Part shown: piece by piece, positions 62,409 through 64,000 of the stretch
How positions within the stretch are numbered: the stretch's first letter is position 1
How the letters are laid out: each line of letters begins with the position of its first letter
From: an uncultured Gammaproteobacteria bacterium
GTDB taxonomy: Bacteria; Patescibacteriota; Microgenomatia; Daviesbacterales; UBA10151
Direction of reading: 5' to 3'
NCBI GenBank assembly: GCA_964547465.1
Contig: CAZJNI010000001.1
Location: 24,205-88,204 of the forward strand
DNA length: 64,000 nucleotides
The notes under the pieces: generated by a model
What the model saw: the letters and a program-made list of their open reading frames with translations, nothing else
What the model was told of the DNA's origin: nothing
Databases searched by the model: none
Translations under genes and position numbers: made by a program

Positions 62409-63665
62409 TTAAGTTCCTTCGTTCCAGGAGGATAGGTATTTTTCCTGCTCGGAGGTGAGTTTATCTATTTTTATGCCTAATGATTCTAGCTTAAGAGAAG
62501 CAATCATTTGATCCAATTCTTTGGGGATGGTGTGTACGCCAACTTTTAATTTGCCACGGTTTTGAACTAAATATTCTGCAGCCAAAGCCTGGTTAGCAAA
62601 GCTCATATCCATTACATCAGGGGGGTGGCCTTCTGCTGAAGCCAAATTAATTAATCTACCCTCACCTAAAACAAATAGTTTTTTATTCCCCTCCAGGGTA
62701 ATCTCCTCTAAATTTTCTCTTAAGTGTCTTCTGTTTTTAGCCTCCTTAACCAATCCATCATAGTCAAACTCCACATTAAAATGTCCGGTATTGGCTACAA
62801 TCGCCCCATTTTTTAAATTTTTTAAATCAGAAAGGGAAATAACAGATTTATTACCGGTGGCTGTGCAAATAATATCAGCCAGTTTTACAGCTTGCGAGAT
62901 AGGCATGACTTCAAACCCATCCATGGTTGCCTCCAAAGCCCGGGTAGCATCTACCTCTGTAATAATTACCTGGGCTCCCATGCCTTTAGCCCTGGTGGCC
63001 AGGCCCCTGCCGCACCAGCCATAGCCTACCACCACAAATTTCTTGCCTGCCAAAAGCACATTGGTAGCCCGCAATATTCCATCAATGGTTGACTGGCCGG
63101 TGCCGTATCTATTATCAAACATATGCTTGGTGGCACTATCATTTACTGCCATCACCGGAATCTTAAGAGTCCCGTCTTCTAACATGGCCCTTAGCCTTAT
63201 TACACCGGTGGTGGTTTCCTCAGATGAGCCAATTACTTGCTTTAGTTGAGATTTTCTTTCTGTATGAAGTAATGTTACTAAATCCGCCCCGTCATCCATG
63301 GTAATTTGCGGCTTAAAATCCAAAACTTCATTTAAGTGTTTGTAATAAGTGGTGTTATCCTCACCTTTGATGGCAAAAGTTGAAATACCATAATCTTCAA
63401 CCAGTGATGCAGCTACTTCATCCTGGGTGGATAAAGGATTGGAAGCACATAAAGCTAATTCAGCCCCGCCCTCTTTTAAGGCAATCATTAAATTAGCTGT
63501 TTCAGAGGTAACATGTAAGCAAGCTCCTAAAGTGATACCTTTAAGAGGTTTTTCTTTGGCAAAACGCTCATGGATAAGCTGGAGTACTTTCATTTGTGAC
63601 CCAGCCCACTCAATGCGTAGTTTTCCTTTTGCAGCTAAATTTTTATCTTTAATATCAGATTTCAT
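62409..63665 (-). CDS. ahcY: S-adenosylhomocysteine hydrolase
   Basis: CLHVTSETA, NPLSTQD, DDGADL, EETTTG, FDNRYGTGQS, GYGWCGRG, EGRLINL, GHP. Confidence 0.98.
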   Translation of the reverse strand: MKSDIKDKNLAAKGKLRIEWAGSQMKVLQLIHERFAKEKPLKGITLGACLHVTSETANLMIALKEGGAELALCASNPLSTQDEVAASLVEDYGISTFAIKGEDNTTYYKHLNEVLDFKPQITMDDGADLVTLLHTERKSQLKQVIGSSEETTTGVIRLRAMLEDGTLKIPVMAVNDSATKHMFDNRYGTGQSTIDGILRATNVLLAGKKFVVVGYGWCGRGLATRAKGMGAQVIITEVDATRALEATMDGFEVMPISQAVKLADIICTATGNKSVISLSDLKNLKNGAIVANTGHFNVEFDYDGLVKEAKNRRHLRENLEEITLEGNKKLFVLGEGRLINLASAEGHPPDVMDMSFANQALAAEYLVQNRGKLKVGVHTIPKELDQMIASLKLESLGIKIDKLTSEQEKYLSSWNEGT

Positions 63666-63676
63666 ATACTCTTTTA

Positions 63677-63757
63677 CGTCATTGCGAGGTCGCCAAAGGC
63701 GACCGTGGCAATCTATATTAATAAGATTGCTTCGTCGCTACGCTCCTCGCAATGACG
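63677..63757. repeat. Palindromic element (GTCATTGCGAG family)
   Basis: CGTCATTGCGAGG...GCAATCT...AGATTGC...CCTCGCAATGACG; contains the stop codon of the upstream kinase gene. Confidence 0.9.
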
Positions 63758-64000
63758 GGTAGGGTAGCTCCTTATTAAAATTTTCTTTGTATCTTGCTTT
63801 AAACTCCTCCATTGTAAATGTATGAGAAGTTGTACCATATTTTTCTATGGCGTAACAAGATGCAACTGCCCCCATTTGCCCACAAATTTGTAAATCCAAA
63901 CCTTTAAGATATCCTGCTAAAAATCCTGCTCTATAAGCATCCCCAGCTCCTGTGGGATCAATTACCTCATTTAGTTTTGCAGCCCCAATCTGCCACCTTC
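63738..64000 (-). CDS. PfkB-family carbohydrate/adenosine kinase, 3' part
   Basis: Manual translation: VIDPTGAGDAYRAGFLAG...AIEKYGT; adjacent to ahcY. Confidence 0.9.
   Translation of the reverse strand, partial: RWQIGAAKLNEVIDPTGAGDAYRAGFLAGYLKGLDLQICGQMGAVASCYAIEKYGTTSHTFTMEEFKARYKENFNKELPYPSLRGA

Noticed and set aside
63427-63762. 111-aa plus-strand ORF
   Set aside because: Antisense to ahcY and ends in the palindromic repeat.
1-64000. tRNA or rRNA genes
   Set aside because: None recognised by eye; tRNAscan-SE or Infernal would be needed to exclude them.

Overview
AT-rich bacterial chromosome segment spanning the replication origin. Gene style and content (short ValRS, DUF4012, PrgI/VirB4 plus many VirB2-like pilins, start codons close to -10 boxes) point to Patescibacteria/CPR, probably Microgenomates; this is inference. 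Left arm: a T4SS-like locus (six VirB2/TrbC-like pilins, VirB6-like, PrgI, VirB4) interrupted by a 1397-aa orphan, a five-cassette toxin-antitoxin/ATPase array and a cobalamin-riboswitch-led orphan. Centre: dnaN, oriC, dnaA and rpmH-rnpA-yidD-yidC-jag. Right arm: surface-polysaccharide genes, rnhA, rplY, valS, tsaD, more TA pairs, orphans, thpR, glgP, a variant SAM-I riboswitch and ahcY. Non-annotated structure stands out in four ways. (1) Each cassette of the TA array ends at the same near-palindromic boundary, AATCC-TGACG-G(A/G)ATT, with no integrase in the window. (2) At five loci, accessory cassettes are bracketed by diverged duplicates of a neighbouring gene end, start or promoter. (3) Inverted heptamer-repeat arrays occur around a full four-helix-bundle gene, around an internally deleted 33-aa copy, and empty. 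(4) Palindromic repeats are inserted in-frame in essential genes. All calls come from reading motifs by eye; no database searches were run.
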